64,000 nucleotides of DNA from the NCBI GenBank assembly GCA_025786725.1, contig JAHLTZ010000028.1:1-64000 (forward strand). The letters are read 5' to 3'. The notes under the pieces were generated by a model, which was given only the letters and a program-made list of their open reading frames with translations, was not told the DNA's origin and did no database searches. This DNA comes from Syncephalis fuscata S228 (taxonomy: Eukaryota > Fungi > Zoopagomycota). The position numbers and the translations under genes are program-made. This document shows, piece by piece, positions 1-13,988 of the stretch (position 1 is the stretch's first letter; every line of letters begins with the position of its first letter).

Positions 1-1502
1 ATCGCGATCATCATGATCGCCGTTATCAAAATGCTTATATGCAACAGGGCACCTATGCGGCACACGCACATCATACACCTTTCTCGTCTGCAAGACCGCC
101 TTTGGATGCATCTCCAAATGCCAGATCTAACTATTCCCACTATGGACCTAATCACCCACATGACACAACTGCCACCAATACAACTGCTGCCACAGCTGCT
201 CCACCTACAGCTGCTCCAGCACCACCATCACACGTGACACGGCCTATGAACGCTGAAGGCTACAGTCATACCACCTCTGTACCATGTAAGTTACCTTAAT
301 AGAGCAAGGAGAGGTGAAATGAATACACTGGCTTTTAATAGGCTGTATTATGTAATTATATATTTATTTACTAATTTACTATAATATGATGTAATAATAA
401 CTGTATATTTATAGATGGCGCCAATCATCCATCGTCTATGATAGGTAATGGGCCAGGTGGCGACTCGGGTCATTCGATGCATTCTTCATCGACATATACA
501 ACATTCCGAGTTGAGGACCATCAGCACGTGTCGCGCCGACAACGAACAGCCTCATTTGGCGGTAAATCACCATCGCCACCCATGCATCCATCGGCCATTG
601 GCAACAATGGCACCAGCATGATACCAAGTAAACGACCGGCATCAATGCTTGCGCCTGCAGCCACGTCTGCGGCTGAAATGACCATGAGTGGTCTAATGCC
701 TTCAGTATCTCCAAGGCCTATACCACTTAACATCCACGGTCAACATTCTGACGATTCGAATAGACTTTATGCTCGTGATCCCGCTTTCCATCGTATGATG
801 CCCGCTACAACACCCACTTCGTCTACACTATCATTCCAGCCGACTCGGCCGCAGTATCAGCCGCTGACGCCGTCGCAGTCTGGCTCACTTTTACCACCGA
901 ACAATGCCTCCCCACCTATTAGTTCAGCGTCTGCACGCCGTGCGGCACAGAACCGTGCAGCACAGCGTGCTTTCCGTCAGCGTAAAGAACGCTATATGAA
1001 AGAGCTTGAGTATAAGTCGCGCGTACTTGTATTTGCTCAGCAGCGTTTGGCCGAACGACGTGGCCAAGTAAAGCGACTACAAGAGTTGGCAAAAGCGCTT
1101 TATCAAGAGAATAACCAACTACGCAGCCAGGCCAGTAACAGCGTTAAAGAAGAAGGCAATAGGCCTAGCGACAGTGGTAGTATTACAGATAACGATGACA
1201 AGGCCGCCACTGATACGGCAATGCCATCCTCGCTATCACGACTATTAGCGGATACAAAGATGGTAGAAGAGCTGCTAGAGAGCGAACCAGCTGACATTGA
1301 CGAGGATTTAATTCATCCACCTGCACCAGTATTACCATTTCCTGAATTAGATATGGTCCAAGCACCTTCTCAATCAGTGCTGCCTTCGTCGTCGTCGTCG
1401 TCCCCACCCTCTTCGATATCCATGTTAGGTGGTAATTCTGCTATGCCTATCAAGGCTGAATTAACATCCGATACATCGTCACATATTACCTCATTCCAAT
1501 GA
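1..1502 (+). CDS. bZIP transcription factor (Yap/AP-1-like), probably 5'-truncated by the window; intron ~286-414
   Basis: Basic region RRAAQNRAAQRAFRQRKERYMKELE followed by a heptad zipper; frame open from the window start; gtaagt at 286 and ag at ~414. Confidence 0.85.
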
Positions 1503-2139
1503 CAAGCATGAAAACTGGACATGATTAATTTGTTCACTTTTTTTCTTCATTCGCTTTTCTATTTTTTATCGCTATTACTTGTTGTCTGTTTGTTTGTATG
1601 TTTACTTGTTTGTCTGTTTGTCTGTCTGTCTATTACTACTTTTTTTACGACTAGCCATTTTTATCTTTTTTTTGTTAGTAACTAGACACATACATATACA
1701 TACACATACACACATACACAAACATCATGCTTTCCAGTTTCATTCTCACCATTTCTTTATAACAACATCCTGCTCAATTCACTTTTTTAAGAATTTTCAT
1801 TCGTTTGTTGATGAAGTAGCATTTGAAAAAAAATCAAAAGTTTTCATGAAATTTTGAACGAAACTTAGATAGATTGTATGGCTTTTATTTTTTTGGTATA
1901 GCATTCTTTACAATACCATTTGTCGGCTTACTTTAAGCATCAATTATTATCACTTATCATTTCATACAAATATATTTAGTTTTCTTCTACCTGTCATTGA
2001 TTATTAGTGTATGTATTCATCCGCCTAATCAGCTCATAGCTGTATTGATATATTATAACTACATATAAAATGTGCTATTTATAAATCCGTTTGTTAGAAT
2101 GCTTTGTTTGCAGTACTGTATTCGTTTATTTTTAACTAA

Positions 2140-2684
2140 TATTTACCTAATCCCCTCATGGGCTGCAAATCTTTTTACGCAATCAATTGTAACGATTTAA
2201 ATAGTTGGCGAGTTGACTGGATTGATTTGTGTTTAAATGATCATCCACAATAAATATTAATGTAATGTAATAACATTATCATTCCATAAAATATAGTTGA
2301 TTGTAACAGAACATTGTATCAGTAATTGTACGTAGTAACAACAACAACAATTGCGGAATGATATGGAATCGCGATCAATGGCTTTATTAATATTCGATCA
2401 ACTTTTCTACACATGGCCAACAACAACAATGATCAGCCTCAAATGTTTCAAATAAATCAAATAGCGTGTTGCATTCTTTATTTAAATGTTTAAAATTATT
2501 ACTGATACAATGTTCTGTTACAATCAACTATATTTTATGGAATGATAATGTTATTACATTACATTAATATTTATTGTGAATGATCATTTAAACACAAATC
2601 AATCCAATCAACTCGCCAACTAGTTAAATCGTTACAATTGATTGCGCAAAAAGATTCGCAGCCTATGAGGGGAGTAGGTAAATA
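2140..2684. mobile_element. MITE/foldback element with ~185-bp terminal inverted repeats
   Basis: 2140-2324 (tatttacctaatcccctcatgggctgc...gtatcagtaat) is the near-perfect reverse complement of 2498-2684; ~170-bp non-coding spacer; TA at both ends. Confidence 0.8.
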
Positions 2685-2911
2685 GTCAACTTAGTCTTTC
2701 ATAAATATTTACTATATAAGATTTAATAATAATTAAACATTTTTCTGCTCATAAATCATTCTATCTAACTTGTAAACAGCAGTTTGTTACATATCTTTCG
2801 TATTGATGTAGTATCAATGGCAATAGGGAATACAATAGATTATAGATACAGATAGAATATTTTATTTAGAAAACTTATATTTGCTATACGTATACGTATA
2901 TTCACGCCTAG

Positions 2912-5577
2912 TTATTGTCGAGATGATTCGGCCGTTGTAGACGACGCTGATGGCGATGGTACAACATCTACCTTGGCTGTTGACAATGATAAAGCCTAAT
3001 CAATAATCATATTAATATTCCATTCGATTCCATTCGATCCCTATGATTACTTACTTTATTAGGTAAATAGGCAAAGCCTTGTTCACGTAATAATTGGGCA
3101 AGACGCTGTTCATCTGCTGCCTTTGAAGTTAATGGAGCAGGGCTTGGTTCAGCAGTATCAGCAGGTTCATTTGTTGTTGCAGCCAACTCAATATCTTTTG
3201 GCAATAATCTTGTTGAGCGACGTACGGGGGATATAACCATATTAACACCAAATTCTAATAAACAATCAATAACGCAGTTTATCATAACCTATTTGTCAAC
3301 TCACCTGATTGTTGTATTTTGGATGCTCGTATTGGTGTTAGTGCCGTAAATGTACTTATAATTGGATCAATATCATCTGATTTAGCTTGATGGCCCATGG
3401 ATCGAATACGCCGCGATGGTCGATCATTTGGACTGGTCTCTTCAGGTGTTCTAGGTCGTCGGCGTGTGCCCGTCTTCTCTGGTGTTTTTTGTATTGATTG
3501 AATGGCAGATTTTTCATCGCCTTCATCATATTGATCTCCATTATTGCTAGACTCTTGTTTATCAAGCAATTGATTTGCAGTTGTATCAATAACTGTTATT
3601 ATATTAATAGTCTGTTCTGGTGATACTTCTTCGTCTGAATCACTAGATTGGCTATCATCTGAAATCAGTGACAATGCTTCAAGTGTAGCAGTTGGTAATT
3701 GACCATCATCACTTGCTTGTGCTAAACGCTTCTTTTCAAGTCTAGACTGCGATGAATTCGTATAACTAGAAGTATCGGCTGGTAATAAAGTTTGTACAGT
3801 GGGTTCAGTCGTTAATTCAGTTGTTGTCTTTTCCGGTTCAGGTTGTATACAGCGAATAATCATAGGCGGTGACATATCATAAATGGGATTAAGATGATAT
3901 GAAGTATTTACCATATTTGTTGTTATTGTTGTTGTTGTTTTCGTTGTCGTTGAACGATACTGCTTACCAAATACCGCTTCCAATTCTGCTATTAATCGAT
4001 GACGTCTTGTTTTTATTTCAGATGCATTACTAATATCAGCTTGTGAATAAAGTATTCTGGGCTTATTCTTCTCATTATGAAGACCTTTTGGTATATTAAT
4101 AAACAATCATAATACTATCTACTATCTACATACCACTTCGTGCCATTCTGTCGGTAAATTCTTGTAACGCTTGTTGAAAAATAATAGAGTTAGCAGGTAA
4201 GACTTTGGCAGCTTCATCGTATACATGGAAAGCTTCGGTAATCTCTCCACATGCTTCTTCAAATTTACCACGAGCAATCCAATACTCTGCTTGTTGATAT
4301 GGCCATGTATTGATAACATTATCATTAGACTGAGTAGTAGTAGTAGTAGTGGTTGTGGTGGTGGTGATAGATTGATTAATAGTATTTCTAGGTGGCTGTG
4401 CTCCTAGGATCCATAATATAGCCCGTGCTAGCTTTGTCTTACCTTTCATAGCAATAACACGCACATCATCAATATTAAACCAAGTTAATATTTTTGCATC
4501 AGTAACAAAATCAATATTGGTGTTATTAACACGTAAAGCAACCGGTTGATAGATATTTAATTGCTTAATTGCTGTACAAATACGATTATAATCTTCTTCA
4601 GAAAGTCGACAAGTATATGTATTTGTTTGAACACACGAATCAGTAACTGATTCAGTCTTTACAGTGGTAATAGGTGATTTTGATGTCTTATTACTCTTCT
4701 TAACTAAAGCAGGCGTTTTATGTTCCTTTCTAGCCTTGTTATTACTGCTATTATTTGATATACGTCGCTGCATTGAACCATTCTTTTTCTTATGACTATT
4801 ATGTCTATTTTGAGATGATGATGGTGTTGAAGACGATGGTCCAGCTGATCTAGCAGCTCGTAATTCATCATTTAAATTACGTGTTGTATTTCTCTCCGCT
4901 TGCTTCTTCTTCTTTTCCTGTTCCGCTTCTTGTAATCGTATTTGTACCGATAGCAGTCCTAATTTCATCTTCAAATCACCGCCATTATTACGAATATGTG
5001 CCATCTTTTTTGCTGAAGCACGTAACACACGACGACGTAATTCATCGCTATTTGTCATGGCAGCATTGCGATCTGGACCATCCGATGGATCACGACGTGG
5101 TCTAGGCGTTCCATGAGACACAGATGCTGGTCTTGGATCTGAAGATGAAGCAGGTATGCGATTAGCTACTCCATTAGTAGCCTGCATCTTGCCTGATGTT
5201 TTGGCTGAAGATGCTTTTTGGCTATTGATAATACGTGACCGTGTAGGAGATGCACGCTTTTTAGGCGATGCTATAGGGCGTGAAGAAGTTGAAGTTGATT
5301 TCCGTTCAGTTGAAACGTCATTAAGCGGTGCCATTCGTTGAATTGGCGGTCTTGGTAGTTCGGTATTTCTTGTTGGAACAGTAGTGGGTGTTGTCGCTTT
5401 ATTAGACACAGCTGGCGTTTTAGTGCCTGCTTGTTCTCTATCAAATAAAATAAAGTCAGTTATAATAGTTGTGGTAGTGCAGTAAAGCTATCACTTTTGT
5501 TTGGCTGCTCTTTCACGACGCCATTCTTCTAGCTGCTGTCGTCGATCTACAGGCGAATTTGAGCTGCTTTCAGGCAT
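2912..5577 (-). CDS. CKAP2-like microtubule-associated protein (multi-exon)
   Basis: N-term DRRQQLEEWRRERAAKQK; TPR-like YWIARGKFEEACGEITEAFHVYDEAAK; C-term VISPVRRSTRL; joins ORFs 4126-5409, 3282-4106 and 3007-3285 through GT-AG introns. Confidence 0.55.
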
Positions 5578-5841
5578 TACACTCGTAGACTTGATGTATG
5601 GCTAACACGAGTGGTATCGCTCGTAGTAATAGAAATAATGTACTACAGTAGAAGGATCGACAAAACCGACAATAAAAACGAAAAGATAATAAGAAGAAAA
5701 TACTATTTTTATTGTGTGTACTGATAAATAATCAAAACAAAACTAATAAATATAGACGCGTGGTACTAAGAATAAATTGCCACTACACGCTTCATTTATT
5801 GAATTGATGATAGAAGTGGCACTGGTTGTAGGAAGCATACA

Positions 5842-6481
5842 CTACACGGCAAGGAAAGAGGCTAGCTTGGCATTATTCATACATTCCTCTTCAACAAGTC
5901 GTTGGCCAAACCCGGTAGTCTATATTCTCATAAGTAGTTGAACAAGCCTTAGTCTTGTGTCAATACTTACTGGTTGCCAATGGAAAAGAGTAGGAATGGC
6001 CGAGAGAGCAATCAATGGATTGGCACGGTAAGGATGTTCAGGACGATTCTTCCATCTAGATGACAGGTTAGCAATTGGATATATACCAAGTATATGTAGT
6101 ACGTACTTTGAACGATCGCCAACAGGACATAGTATTAGCAGTGCTTCGGGTAAGGCGTGGATAGCTTCACGTATTTTGGGATCCGCTATAGTTGCGCATT
6201 AGAACATTGAACTAGAAGGCAATATATATATATATATTAGTTAACTTACCGTCTACGCAGTCAGGACACCAAGATAGACCGGTAGCTGGATCTTCAGTTC
6301 CTATTAGTTTGTATACAATATATATATTCATATGCATATAATAAAATAGATTTTAGAATGATTTAGTAGTATTATATAGACTATTACCAAAGAAAAGAAC
6401 AAACGTGCTTTTAGGCACAGTGCCTAACGACGCAAGACTATCGTCCAACGTAGAGATATCGTCGATACGAACAGTACGCAT
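5842..6481 (-). CDS. TXNDC17: Thioredoxin domain-containing protein 17-like (DUF953)
   Basis: Spliced read MRTVRIDD...FVLFFG-TEDPATGLSWCPDCV...IPTLFHWQP...RLVEEEC; WCPDC active site; missed by the ORF track. Confidence 0.85.
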
Positions 6482-6768
6482 AGTTGTAATGGCAACAATG
6501 AAAGAAAAGTCGAATACAAGGCATCATCTATGATGTAATAGACATTTTTATTGTGACATCCATTAATAAGCACAGATTTATTGATTAAGCCATCATTAAA
6601 AGGATAGTAAATAAAAATATTCTTTGTAAAATGCAAGTTAATTGTTATTAGCTAAAACAGAAATAAAATGAGCATAGATACAAACAATGGGATATAAGAT
6701 TTGGTGTTGCTATCTACATAAAGGAATGACAGCATATCAAAGGTTATTCTCGGTTGAATGCAGGAATT

Positions 6769-8001
6769 TTAACGTGGCCGTAGTGCGTTGGCAGATGACC
6801 GTCGTCCATTGGACTTTTCATCAGACTGGACAATGTCACCGCGCATCTGCTCAGCCTCTGCCATAACATAGGCAATTTCCTCGCGATTAAGTATCCCGGG
6901 GAAGTCTTTATAAAGTACGGCGGAAAGATTTGACAATACGGCATCAAAATGAGAGTTATCAAAGACGAAAAGACGGCGATGAACTGCGCGCATACGAGTG
7001 CGATTGTAAGGTACACCTTGCACGGCGTGGTTAAGAAAACAGGTCATCATGCGATGTAAACGTTGTGGATCAATGCCATGGTAGTATTGGCGGATACGCA
7101 AATCAATGACATTGCGTTCAAAAAAGCGACGTGATAGAGCGTGTAATTCTTCTTCGTTAAGTCGATGAACGTGTCCATCTAACGGCAATGGTGATGGTGG
7201 CAATTGTTCTTCATCCGTATCAACGCTATTATAACCGGTGTTGATGGCTAGACCGGTAGTGTTACGTCGAACACTACTAAAGCTATTGCTGCTATGCATG
7301 GATGCTGACATGCTTCTATTATTGCTGGGCCTGTGAGATGTCGATGAAAATGATGAATGCGACGATGGTGACGAAACAGTTACTGGCAACATATTAGGTG
7401 ATGATGGATCTGACGAGGCTGGTGTAGGTAATTGGGTCATCTCCTGCTCATGTCGTTCAATCTCTTGTAGACGGGCAAGACGGCGTTGATGAAATGGACA
7501 GCCAGATGCCTCGGCTTCGGCCGTTGCTTGTAAAATGATATTTGAATTGGGATAACTACGGATACCACCAAAGCCGATTTCAGCGGCTAATGTATCGCTT
7601 TTACTTGCGGAATAGTCGACTGATGATACCATATCGTAACGTGTATGTTCGGCCACTTTAAGTACTACATCCGCCATTTCAGGCGCATGTCGTAATACTG
7701 CTTCGCGTAAATGACTAATAACTACATCAAATAGCTCGTGAGTGATATTATGGCGTCGGTGAGCACGTCGCATAGCCTCGCGATCGTAGCCAACGCCGCC
7801 AAGCGCGGAAACGACAAAATAACGAAACATTCGACGAAGTCGGTCCGCATTGATACCGACATAGTACGACTGTGTCACTGGATCTGTGATGTTATACTCG
7901 AAGAAATCATTGGCAATACGTAAAACAGTATCGTCATCGAGCAATGGTGTCATTGTATGAGCGACGGCCGGTGCTCGTGTTATACGACGTCCAGAGGCCA
8001 T
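6769..8001 (-). CDS. Intronless protein with two truncated (2/2, group-1-like) hemoglobin domains
   Basis: Two repeats of FFE.N..D....YY.GI...RL.RM..F......G..Y.R..MR..HRR.......FD.V; Ser-rich linker with SGCPFH; likely ATG at 8001. Confidence 0.8.
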   Translation of the reverse strand: MASGRRITRAPAVAHTMTPLLDDDTVLRIANDFFEYNITDPVTQSYYVGINADRLRRMFRYFVVSALGGVGYDREAMRRAHRRHNITHELFDVVISHLREAVLRHAPEMADVVLKVAEHTRYDMVSSVDYSASKSDTLAAEIGFGGIRSYPNSNIILQATAEAEASGCPFHQRRLARLQEIERHEQEMTQLPTPASSDPSSPNMLPVTVSSPSSHSSFSSTSHRPSNNRSMSASMHSSNSFSSVRRNTTGLAINTGYNSVDTDEEQLPPSPLPLDGHVHRLNEEELHALSRRFFERNVIDLRIRQYYHGIDPQRLHRMMTCFLNHAVQGVPYNRTRMRAVHRRLFVFDNSHFDAVLSNLSAVLYKDFPGILNREEIAYVMAEAEQMRGDIVQSDEKSNGRRSSANALRPR

Positions 8002-9799
8002 AGTGTTTTGTATTTTCTTTTCTTTAGTGTTGATAAAAATAAACAAAAAGTAATAATCCAATAACGCAGTAAATGATGATAGTTGCGAAAGTTTTAGAAT
8101 GTAGAAATCAGTGGAAAACAAATCTAGCACACATATACGTACAAGTCGAGATCTAAGGACAAGATACTTGATTAGTAAAAAAGATATAACGAGATGTGCC
8201 AAAAAGAATCAATCAACATCGGCTATAACATTCTGCAGAGAATTATATGAGACACCGTGACAGCGAGGGCGGCGGATTGCGGCTGCATATCCGAGACATT
8301 CTCATTGAATCATTGCGATCTCATATATTCCCGTATATGCATCCAAGTATTCTACGCTCCGTGCCTTGGCTCAAATGACGACTTACCTGATCGACGCGGC
8401 GTATATGTTAAAGTTACAATAATTGAAGTGTTGATGGCTACGAAATAATAGTATTATGGCAATACGAGTGCCGTAGTAGCCGTAGCCGTAGCCGTAGCTG
8501 TAGTTGTAGCAGCAATAATAGTGTAAATGAATAAACAGACCAAAAATAATACTGACGTTACTATGGGAATAATAACGAAACAACAAGATTAACAATGGTT
8601 TGGGAATAGCGACGGACCTTTGGCTAGTGGTCTACTATTTAACAAAGCGTAAAACCTTTTTTTTCAGCCTTGGCTAAATTAGGTTGCCGCCAAAGATGTC
8701 TTAGGAACTTGTCGAAATGATTTACTGAACCGCGCAAAAACTCTAATCAGTGCAGTAGTGACTGTTTCTACCATATAGCGTAGGATGTTGCATTTTTGTA
8801 CCACAAGGGTCGGCGAAATAAAACTGCACAGTAGCGAATAGGCGCAATGGGCAGCACATTTCGTCCTACTGCCATGTCGGTACCATTTACAGAAAAGTGG
8901 CTGATGCCTTGTACATAATACGCTGCAAAGGCATATTAAGCAAATGTATGTGCGTACATGTACACACTTGCTGATGATCGATTGCCTAAAACCAATGGCT
9001 ACCTTGTCAATAAAAGATGTATACGTACCACACATACAGAGTGGCACGGCATAGACAAAAAGTTTTTTCTTTTTTAAGCATGACCCTTTTGCAGGGTGCA
9101 GCCAAATAGCCATCATACTGGCCATAGGTTGAACTATGGTTACACGTACATCCCAAATGACTTTACTGCACTACTACTTTAAAGCGTTGCCATTACTGTT
9201 ACTTTCCTTCTAAAGACCGTCGCCTTGAACAAGGTAACAAGACAATACTTACCGAGTTCGCTCTTGAATGCTGAATCATACGTTATTTAACAGCATTCTA
9301 CTAGAAATGTATTCGATTATTTTGTGATCAGGGTACACAGTTTGAGTCAAAATAGGCTATAGAAGCTGAATAGATTATACAGACTGGCAAAGTAACTTGT
9401 TCAACGTCAGATTGCGTTTAGTTAGCTTTTAAGTATTAAAATTCAACGCGTTGTTGCAGATATTGGTATCTCTATCCCTTTATGTATTATTGATTGGCAC
9501 AAATGATAGTTGACGTCACCGCCCACCTCTGTACTGAGTACAAAGTTATCTACCTATCGCAATACTGACTGTATAATAAATATTAAATTGCGTTGTTGTG
9601 TAGACTTTTCATCCATTGGCTATTGGGTCTTAAAAGGTAGACGCTTTTTGTATTTAAAATACATAGATAACATATGCCAAATATAAAAGTACACATGATT
9701 AAATATTTATAATAAGGTACAACTTTACACTAGTATTATTTTATTGTTACTTATGCAAGTCGTATTGCACTGCAATAGATCTGCAATAGTTGTACGCTA

Positions 9800-10530
9800 T
9801 AAGTGTGCATACATATACGTAGAATAGAATGTATTCAGTAAATAATAAAGTGATATGCAATAGAAAATAATAATAAAAAATTGTATAAGCAGTGAAGATT
9901 GCAGTATGTATGCCTCAATGATTAGAATAAGCAAAAAATATTTGATAGTAAGTAGAAATAAAGTTAAACGTATAATAATTCTAGAGAATATGCTATTAGC
10001 ATGTAATAGAATAATAAACAATAAAGTGATAGGCAATGAAAAAGTATGAATAGTGGCGAGTAAACTATTGTGTGGATTCATACATGTATATGCGCATAAT
10101 AGGTGTGGTGAGCAAACTAAATCAAATTACAGCTAATACAGTTATTAAAAAATGCATAGCAGTTTTATATAGAACACGGCTAATAAATTTGATATTAATA
10201 TACAGTAGAAAATGTGAAAGGACAAGATCATAGATGATGGTATTAAGCTATAGTGCATGTAATGCGATAAATAAAATGTATTGAAGTATATGAACAATAA
10301 AATGTGTCCGCTATATTATAAAATGATATATAGCAGTGTGGGGCATATTTGGGATGATATAAATGAATAAAGTATATATGTGTACTGAATATATGCATAC
10401 TGGATAATAAATCTATGCTGATGAGTATTTTAAGCTTTAATGTAACTCACCACCCACCATCATGCTCAATAATTGAATGTTTAGTTTAACTGTGTGAATA
10501 TCATTAAACTTTGTCGCTTGATCCAAAAGT
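9800..10530. mobile_element. Degenerate member of the MITE family seen at 12926-13988 (one recognisable end; left boundary approximate)
   Basis: 10381-10530 atatgcatactggataat...gatgagtattt...ctcaccacccaccatcatgctcaata matches the subterminal motif at 13865-13950. Confidence 0.5.
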
Positions 10531-10598
10531 TACGCTAAATATGTAATGTTAATGCATAATAATAATACAAATAAATAAGATATTGGTATATATGTGGC

Positions 10599-11636
10599 AT
10601 TGTAATTTACCTTACTGTGTCAACCAGATACCGCGTTGTATATCGGCACCATTAACTCTATGTAGGCTTAATGATTTGTGTGTATTCATGACTATTTATT
10701 TGTCGCTACAGGGAGTATCGGCACTACTATATGGGATATTGGACACCTGGTGACGGATGAGCGTAAATTGCAGTTTTGGAGTAATCGTGCGGTAAGTAGG
10801 ACATAGTTCAATGGCAAAAGAATGGCAAAAGAATGGCAAAGGTTAACCATTTCTATGTTCTACAGTGTATGTTCCATCATCCCTACCCGGTTGGCTATCG
10901 GGCGAGTAAGTACCATTTCGGTCGTGAGTATTGGATGACGATCGAGGCAGATGAAGATGGGCCTATATTCACGGTAAGCTAGTAGCCTGAAACCATGAGG
11001 ATTCAAGTATAGTCTCTTTACAAACGGTCATATTAGGTATTTACCGAAGATAGACAGCACAACTTTGAAGGTCGCACGCCTACACAACCTTGGACGCAAG
11101 CATGTTTAGCGAGTACAACAAAAGGAACTCGTATTAGTGGACCGCTGGTAAGCATCAATGCAAGTCACTGTTGATCGCCTCATAAGTCTTGTGCATGTGT
11201 AGTTTTTTGGCTTTTCCGATCCATTAACACAGCTACTAATTCAACAGCTGCACGGCTACCAAAGCTGGGAAGATCTGCATGCTGAAGCGGCAACAGCAAT
11301 GGCACCTACAGCAGCAGCAACAACAACAACAACAGCTGCTGCTACTACAGTTTCTACTGCGACGCCCACTGAGCTATTAGACAGCTTGACCTCTGTCACT
11401 ACAACAAAAGGCCGGCCAATGCGAAATATTACCCAATTGGCATCGAATGTTGCATAAATTTGTTCAAGGCAATGTGGAACCGTTTTTTTCAGTACAATTA
11501 TGTGGCCAGCTATAGAAATGGCACTGTGTGCTTGACCGTCCAAAAAAGGACTGTTGCGTTTGACACACAAACTCCGCAAAATAAATATTCTTTTCTTTTC
11601 TGCTTCCACGAGCTGTCCTCTTGTGTTGTGCAAGTG
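10599..11636 (+). pseudogene. 5'-truncated inverted duplicate of the FYRN/FYRC gene
   Basis: Near-identical reverse complement of 20609-21643; carries exons SIGTTIWDIGHL, HPYPVGYRASK and SGPLFFGFSDP but lacks the N-terminal exons at 21660-22286. Confidence 0.75.
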
Positions 11637-11879
11637 TGTTCGCGTGTTGCCGTGCTAAACTTTGCTAATTTATCGTTCTAAAACACCGATTCAAGTCAAA
11701 TAAGTGCTGGATTAAGACGTAATGTAATCAATTTAAATAGAATAAATCTCAAACATTTTTACCTATTTACAACATTTGGTACAGTCAACTATTTGTTTAA
11801 TCATTTCTTTTAATTATATTTGCCATTATTTTCCATTAACTATACATCTACGGCTACTAAACCCTAGCCATTCTTTACT

Positions 11880-12551
11880 ATGCCTCCAATAGCAATGTCT
11901 AGTGGCAAATCAGCCGCTTTGGATCTTACCCCTGTATTACCAGATGCCGACGTGGTTCGACTAGTTGCTCGTTTCTACGAGATTAATTTAACGGATCCAA
12001 TGCTTACCCACTACTTTATTCAATCACAAATGTCATCGCTACGTGCAAAATTTGCTCGATTTGTTGTGCATGGACTTGCTGGTCTACCGGTTGATCGGCC
12101 ACGTCTACGTCGTATCCATCGTCGTTTGGGTATTGGAGATATTGAATTTGCTGCGTGTGCTAAAAACCTGCTTACCGCTTTAGCCGAACAGCCAGCTCTT
12201 GAAACAAAACTAAAAGATCAGCTTTTACTATTGCTATGGGAGCTTGAAGCGGATATTACCGTTGAAGGTGGCGTACCTTTGCTTGATGGGTCTGGCGAAG
12301 GTTCGAATACGAAAGGGTCACATCATGGCACAAGCTCTCATCGTACACGCAGCTATTCTACATATGGACTTGGTTCGGGTACGGGATCTAGTTCAGGGGC
12401 CGACAAAAGCGGCGATATAATTTACTTGGATGATTTACAAGAGATTGCCGCGCAACGTAATACCACAGCGACATCATCTATTCCCCAAAACAGTCCGCTG
12501 CTATTGTCGCCAAGAATACGACCTGGCTGGCGCAGTTTAATCCCATGGTAG
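11880..12551 (+). CDS. Single-domain truncated (2/2) hemoglobin with low-complexity tail, intronless
   Basis: VARFYEINLTDPMLTHYF...LRAKFARFV...LRRIHRRLGIGDIEFAAC, with proximal His. Confidence 0.8.
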   Translation: MPPIAMSSGKSAALDLTPVLPDADVVRLVARFYEINLTDPMLTHYFIQSQMSSLRAKFARFVVHGLAGLPVDRPRLRRIHRRLGIGDIEFAACAKNLLTALAEQPALETKLKDQLLLLLWELEADITVEGGVPLLDGSGEGSNTKGSHHGTSSHRTRSYSTYGLGSGTGSSSGADKSGDIIYLDDLQEIAAQRNTTATSSIPQNSPLLLSPRIRPGWRSLIPW

Positions 12552-12925
12552 TGCCGCTTTATGCTTATATTTTTGATTTATACATTTATTACTAACTTTA
12601 ACTTTTGTACTAAGCACATCAATATTTTGTTTATATGTTTATTATTAAAACACATTATTATTGCATAAGTTTCACTTCAATTTTAAGTAGAATAATAACA
12701 TGTTATTATATATCTTATTTATTTTATTAATTAAATACAACAGTTTTTTTACAAACATCAATCTATTACAGTTAGCTACATTCAATACAGCTACATTGAC
12801 ACTGCTTATTTTAACAATAATATCAATTATTTATATTTAATAACATTTGCAGTTAAATTACATATTTTTTTATTGAAATGGTGACGAATGGTAAAAATAT
12901 TAATGATTAAATTATTACACTGTAG

Positions 12926-13988
12926 TGTTTGTTTGGTGGTCAAATGATTACATTTAATCATATTCACACTAAAATTAAACTTTCTTCTATTAAACATGAA
13001 ACTAGGGGCAATTCACATCAGGGTCCAAAATACTCATTATCACAGATTTATTATACAGTATGCATATATTCAGTATACATATATATTTTATTCATTTATA
13101 TCACTTCCAATATGCCCTACACTATTATATATCATTTATAATATACTAAATGTATTTTATTTATTATATACACCAACACACTTCACGCAGTCCACTCATT
13201 ACGTTATACACACTGTAACTTTAACATTATTTTATATACTTTCTCACCGTACATTTGTCATTTTATATATCATTCTATACTCGCCTAGTCTTCCTCTATC
13301 CAAAGCTGGTCTTATTTTTGTTCTAGCTTTATTATTAACAAATGTCGACTAATTCCGCTTATTGATTATGTATATATGCTCAATAACTTTAACACTGCTA
13401 ATCGGCACTTCGTATTATATATTCGTTATATTACATATCATTCCATTGTCTAGTGTATACGCACTAGTTATTGCAATTGTTCTTTTTGTTCTAGCTTTAT
13501 TATTAAAAAAGTTTAACTAATGTCAATCATCTTGTTTATTAGGCTAATGCTCAATAACTTTAACATTGCTAATCTCGTTCAATATTGCATATTCATTATA
13601 ATGTTTATCATTTTATTATATATTAGCCATACGCTGTCTATAGCCGTTGTCGGTATAGTTTCAACTGCTTTATTAATAAAAATTAACCTATTGCACCTAG
13701 TCTGTTTACTGAGTTGTATTGGTAGAATAAATAATATGAATATGAATTGAATTGTTTTATTAAGATTATTTATAAACAAACTAGATCATGTCAATTAGTT
13801 ATGATTTTAATGCTATTCAAGCAAAGTGACGGGTGTATATAGTAATAATACATACTGTGATGATATATGCATACTGAATAATGAACCTACAATGATGAGT
13901 ATTTGATGATTGATGTCACTCACCACCCATCATCATGCTTAATAAATTGGATGTTATTAGATATTAGTCATTTGGCCACCAAACAAAT
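12926..13988 (+). mobile_element. Non-autonomous TIR element (~1.06 kb), copy 1
   Basis: Ends tttgtttggtggtcaaatga / tcatttggccaccaaacaaa are inverted; imperfect ~150-bp subterminal IR; no coding capacity. Confidence 0.7.

Noticed and set aside
8002-8202. N-terminal extension of the 477-aa globin ORF
   Set aside because: Starts at TTG and has UTR-like composition; ATG at 8001 is the likelier start
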